Assembly (NCBI GenBank): GCA_965219085.1 | Contig: OZ244720.1 | Span: 1,024,001 to 1,088,000, forward strand | Source of the DNA: Dehalococcoidia bacterium | GTDB lineage: Bacteria > Chloroflexota > Dehalococcoidia > UBA2979 | Length of the DNA: 64,000 nt | Direction of reading: 5' to 3' | In this document: piece by piece, positions 60,725-64,000 of the stretch | Numbering within the stretch: the stretch's first letter is position 1 | Layout of the letters: each line of letters begins with the position of its first letter | Program-made: the position numbers and the translations under genes | The notes under the pieces: generated by a model | Seen by the model: only the letters and a program-made list of their open reading frames with translations | What the model was told of the DNA's origin: nothing | Database searches by the model: none

Positions 60725-61486
60725 AGCTGTACGTCGCGAAGAGCGCGAGCTGTGAGCCGGGCGTCGGCTTCACGCGCCGCACGATGAGCCGCACCGCGCT
60801 GGCGTCCGCCATGTGCTGGAACGGCGTGTACGTCGTCTCGGCGACAGCGGCGCCGCCCGGCAGCCAGTACGGGATCGGCGTCCAGTCCGCTTCCGGTATC
60901 GCCTCGATCAGCGTGCGTACGTTCGGCTGCTGGCGAATCGTGACCGAGAAGCGGACGTCCTGCTTGCGGCAGGCGGCGACGACCCCGTGGTTGTAGAAGC
61001 CGCTGTCGGCTCGCATCGTGAGCTGCCCGCTCGCCCCGGCGTCGCGGACCCGCGCCACCGTCTCACGCAGGAAGTGGGCGGCGCCGCGCCGGGTCCCGCT
61101 CCGGCCGCCCATGCGCGGGCGAGCAATGCGCGGCTGAGGCGGTCGAGCTGGCGGACGTGGCCCCAGCGGAAGCTGCGCAGGAAGGTCCCGAGGGTGGACG
61201 GCGCCTTCACGGTGCAGCCGAGCACGCGCCCGGCGCCGCCGGCGCGCATCGCATCGGCGTCGTCGATGCAGTCGCCGCCGGCGAGCGCCGAGGCGACCAG
61301 GGTCAGCAGCTTGTCGCCGGCGTTCGCCCGCCCCGGCGCGTCACCGAGGTCGAGATAGCGCTCGGCAAGATCGGGGAGACCGAGACGACCGGCGAGCGTG
61401 GCGGGGAGCAGCAGGCCCGCGTGGTCCACGAGGCGGTCGTCGTCGAAGGCGATGTCTATCCGGTCGGGGTCGCTCGTTGGTAGCAT
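60725..61486 (-). pseudogene. IS1380 transposase N-terminal and middle fragments, with internal deletion and frameshift near 61090
   Basis: FDDDRLVDHAGL, APSTLGTFLRSF, then in another frame GAAHFLRE..RADSGFY..RLIVRR. Confidence 0.85.
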
Positions 61487-61627
61487 CGAATGGTTGCTCC
61501 CTGTGGCTCGGACGTGATTCGTACAAAACCATTGTCCCAGCTACAGCGAAGCACCCAACCTCAGCCGCTCGCGCGCCCTCCGCTAAGCTAAGGGACGCCC
61601 CCGGCAGCACGTCGGTAGGAACGTCCT

Positions 61628-62083
61628 CTACGCGTCCTCGATAATCCAGCGGTCCGTGTCGCGCTGCCAGCTCGGCAGCGGCTCATCACCGAAGAACAGC
61701 GCGATCTCGCGCTCCGCGCTCTCCGGCCCGTCCGAGCCATGCACCAGGTTGCGCCCCACATCGAGGCCGAGGTCGCCGCGGATCGTGCCGGGCGCGGCCT
61801 CCGTCGGGCGTGTCGCCCCCATCGTCTGGCGCGCGGCGGCGATCGCATCGGGGCCCTCGAGCACGGCCGCCACCAGCGGGCTCGACGTGATGTAGTCGAC
61901 GAGCCCGGCGAAGAACGGCTTCCCGTCGTGCTCCGCGTAGTGCCGGCGCGCGAGCGCTTCGTCGACGTGCACGAGCCGCAGCCCGACGATGCGCAGGCCG
62001 CGCGCTTCGAGGCGCCCCAGCACCTCTCCGATGAGTCCTCGTTGCACGGCGTCGGGCTTGACCAGGATCAGCGTGCGCTCCAC
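61628..62083 (-). CDS. ndk: Nucleoside diphosphate kinase
   Basis: [26 protein letters not shown] and NLVHGSD. Confidence 0.97.
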   Translation of the reverse strand: MERTLILVKPDAVQRGLIGEVLGRLEARGLRIVGLRLVHVDEALARRHYAEHDGKPFFAGLVDYITSSPLVAAVLEGPDAIAAARQTMGATRPTEAAPGTIRGDLGLDVGRNLVHGSDGPESAEREIALFFGDEPLPSWQRDTDRWIIEDA

Positions 62084-62153
62084 GGCGCCTTCCCTTCGAT
62101 GCGTCTCGATGCGGTTTCACTTCTTCGTCTGGCTGCTCGCGCGCTCGTGCGGC

Positions 62154-62840
62154 TCAGCGGCGCGCCGACCGCGTGATCGGGGGTGGCCGCAGGTACACCA
62201 CGTCGACAAGCGCGGGGTCGCCGTACGCCTCGTGCAGCCGCGCGAGGCGCACGAGGTCGGCGGCGCGGCGCACATTATCGTCGGGCGGCACGTCGGCGTC
62301 TCCCGTCCGCGCCGCGTCGCGCGCCACGGCCAGCTCGGCCGTCACCTCGCCACACCACAGCGCGCCCGCTGGCGCACCGCGCACGCAGTCCTCGATCGAT
62401 CCGAGCCGCGGCTCGACGAGCGCCGCGGGCACTCCCGCGGTGGCCAGGTACCCGGCCCAGGCCACACGGTTGCCGCCCGCGTCGTGTGCCGCGACGACGG
62501 GGCGAGCGCGGTCGAGGTGCGGGAACGCGGCCAGTTCGAGGCGGGAGACGCCCGCCAGTGGCACGTCGAGCGCGAACGCGAGCCCCTGCGCGGTCGCGAC
62601 GCCACTGCGCAGCCCGCCGTACCCCCCCGGCCCGGCGTCGACCACGATTGCGCCGAGGTCGTCGCGCGCCACGCCGGAGGCGCGCAGCACCGCGTCGATG
62701 CCCGCGAGCAGTTCCCGCGAGTAGTTCGTGTCGACGGTCCAGCGCCGCTCCGCGAGCACCGTGTCGCCATCGACCACACCGAGTACAGCGTCGACCGAGG
62801 CGGTGTCGATGGCGAGTTGGGGCCCGGCCGGGGGTGTCAT
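62154..62840 (-). CDS. tsaB: tRNA threonylcarbamoyladenosine biosynthesis protein TsaB
   Basis: LAIDTAS, GPGGYGGLRSGVATAQGLA and YLR. Downstream of tsaE. Confidence 0.88.
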   Translation of the reverse strand: MTPPAGPQLAIDTASVDAVLGVVDGDTVLAERRWTVDTNYSRELLAGIDAVLRASGVARDDLGAIVVDAGPGGYGGLRSGVATAQGLAFALDVPLAGVSRLELAAFPHLDRARPVVAAHDAGGNRVAWAGYLATAGVPAALVEPRLGSIEDCVRGAPAGALWCGEVTAELAVARDAARTGDADVPPDDNVRRAADLVRLARLHEAYGDPALVDVVYLRPPPITRSARR

Positions 62841-63343
62841 CCGCGCCCGCCGAGGCCGTCGACGATGCGGTGATAGCGCTCGCCGATGGCGACGATGGTG
62901 AACCGCCGCTCGTCGGGCGCCTTCGCGTCGGGCTCGATCACGACGAGCAGGTGCTCCTCGGGCAGTGCCTCGAGGCCGCGCTCGGGCCACTCGATAAGGA
63001 GCGCGCCGTCGGCCGACTGCTCGGCGAGCGCGAGTTCGCGCACCTCCTCGACGTCCGTGAGGCGGTACAGGTCGGCATGGTAGAGGGAGCGCGGGCGCTC
63101 CGGCCGCACGTCCTCCTCGGGCAGATCGTGGCGCGCGAGCAGCACGAAGGTGGGGCTCGCGACGGGCCCCGGCACGCCGAGGCCGCTGCCGACGCCCTGC
63201 ACGAGCGTCGTCTTGCCCGCTCCGAGTGGCCCCTGCAGCAGCACGACATCGCCGCGACGCAGCAGACGTGCGAGCCGCCTGCCGAAGGCGCGCGTGCGTG
63301 CCGCGCCCTTCGTCGTCACGAGCATCCGGTTCGCGGTGTGCAC
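62837..63343 (-). CDS. tsaE: tRNA threonylcarbamoyladenosine biosynthesis ATPase TsaE
   Basis: GPLGAGKTT, SPTFVL, HADLYRL and IEWPE. Start uncertain. Confidence 0.93.
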   Translation of the reverse strand: MHTANRMLVTTKGAARTRAFGRRLARLLRRGDVVLLQGPLGAGKTTLVQGVGSGLGVPGPVASPTFVLLARHDLPEEDVRPERPRSLYHADLYRLTDVEEVRELALAEQSADGALLIEWPERGLEALPEEHLLVVIEPDAKAPDERRFTIVAIGERYHRIVDGLGGRG

Positions 63344-63365
63344 GCTCGCCCTCCGGGGCGTCTCG

Positions 63366-64000
63366 CTAGCCTCGTGCGGTGCGGAGCTGGTCCCAGCCAC
63401 CCGAGGGCTGCGCCAGCGGCCGGCCGTCGCTGCCGAGGACCACGACCTCGCCTGGGTGCGCGGCCACGACGCGGCCGATGGTGGTCAGCGCGGCTTCGGC
63501 GGGCGTCAGCGCGCCGAGCGTAGCAGCGGGCGCGGTGAGCGCCAGTTCGTAGTCTTCGCCCCCGCGCAGCGCGAGTTCCAGCGCGTTCTCGGCGTTCAGC
63601 AGCTCGACGGCTGCGGGGTGGAGCGGCACCGCGTCGGCATCCACCTCGATGCCCACGCGCGACGCGCGCGCAACGTGGCCGAGGTCCTGCAGCAGCCCGT
63701 CCGAGATGTCGATGGCGCAGCGCACGCCGGCTTCGACGGCGGCACGGCCAAGCTCGAGCCGCACTGGCGGCCGGCGGTGCGCCTCCACGAGCGGGGCCGC
63801 ACTCTGCTCGGCGGCTCGTCCTGCCTCGATCAGCGCGAGTCCGGCGGCTGCTGCGCCGGGTGTGCCGGACAAGGCGACAAGGTCGCCGGGACACGCCGCG
63901 TCGCGCCGGAGCAACTGCGGCACGCCATCCATGTCGGTCGTGGCGCTGCCGAAGGCGGTGGTGCTGATGCTCGTCGTGGTAGCGGCGGCGACGTTGCCGC
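63366..64000 (-). CDS. thiL: Thiamine-monophosphate kinase; partial, starts beyond the window
   Basis: AIDISDGLLQDLGH, GGEDYELALT and C-terminal GWDQ. Confidence 0.9.
   Translation of the reverse strand, partial: GNVAAATTTSISTTAFGSATTDMDGVPQLLRRDAACPGDLVALSGTPGAAAAGLALIEAGRAAEQSAAPLVEAHRRPPVRLELGRAAVEAGVRCAIDISDGLLQDLGHVARASRVGIEVDADAVPLHPAAVELLNAENALELALRGGEDYELALTAPAATLGALTPAEAALTTIGRVVAAHPGEVVVLGSDGRPLAQPSGGWDQLRTARG

Larger units (their letters stand above)
57250..61574 (-). mobile_element. IS1380-family element, degenerate and interrupted by nested IS110-family elements
   Basis: Transposase pieces at 61486-~61090, ~61090-60725 (RADSGF) and 57858-57473 (HAEIENAIRDLK..LPSGRFAANAAW). Bracketed by the 18-bp direct repeat gccctccgctaagctaag (57232-57249, 61575-61592). 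Confidence 0.85.

Overview
A high-GC bacterial chromosomal segment. The gene content (Tat-exported family-5 ABC solute-binding proteins, bifunctional FBP aldolase/phosphatase, LuxR-RCC1 and NHL-repeat proteins, paired acyl-CoA dehydrogenases) suggests Chloroflexota/Dehalococcoidia, which is an inference. Core genes (holB, lysA, tsaD/B/E, moaA/C, rdgB, etfAB, copA, ndk, thiL) are interspersed with one- or two-gene accessory inserts: a putative type II R-M pair, four toxin-antitoxin pairs plus an orphan antitoxin, a Fic protein, an AAA ATPase and duplicated K+ channels. Two features stand out. (1) At 57.2-61.6 kb three IS elements are nested: an IS1380-type element contains an IS1111-type IS110 element, which contains an intact IS110. 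The guide segments of both non-coding bridge/seek RNAs can be read from the sequence and match their own insertion sites. The innermost element appears programmed against the donor-recognition segment of the outer element's guide RNA. (2) Six inserts are each bracketed by direct repeats (18 to about 200 bp) of neighbouring core-gene ends or promoters, five of them with no recombinase gene inside. A flavin-dependent halogenase with a C-terminal PqqD/RRE-like extension is also notable. All coordinates and alignments were read by eye and may be off by a few bases.
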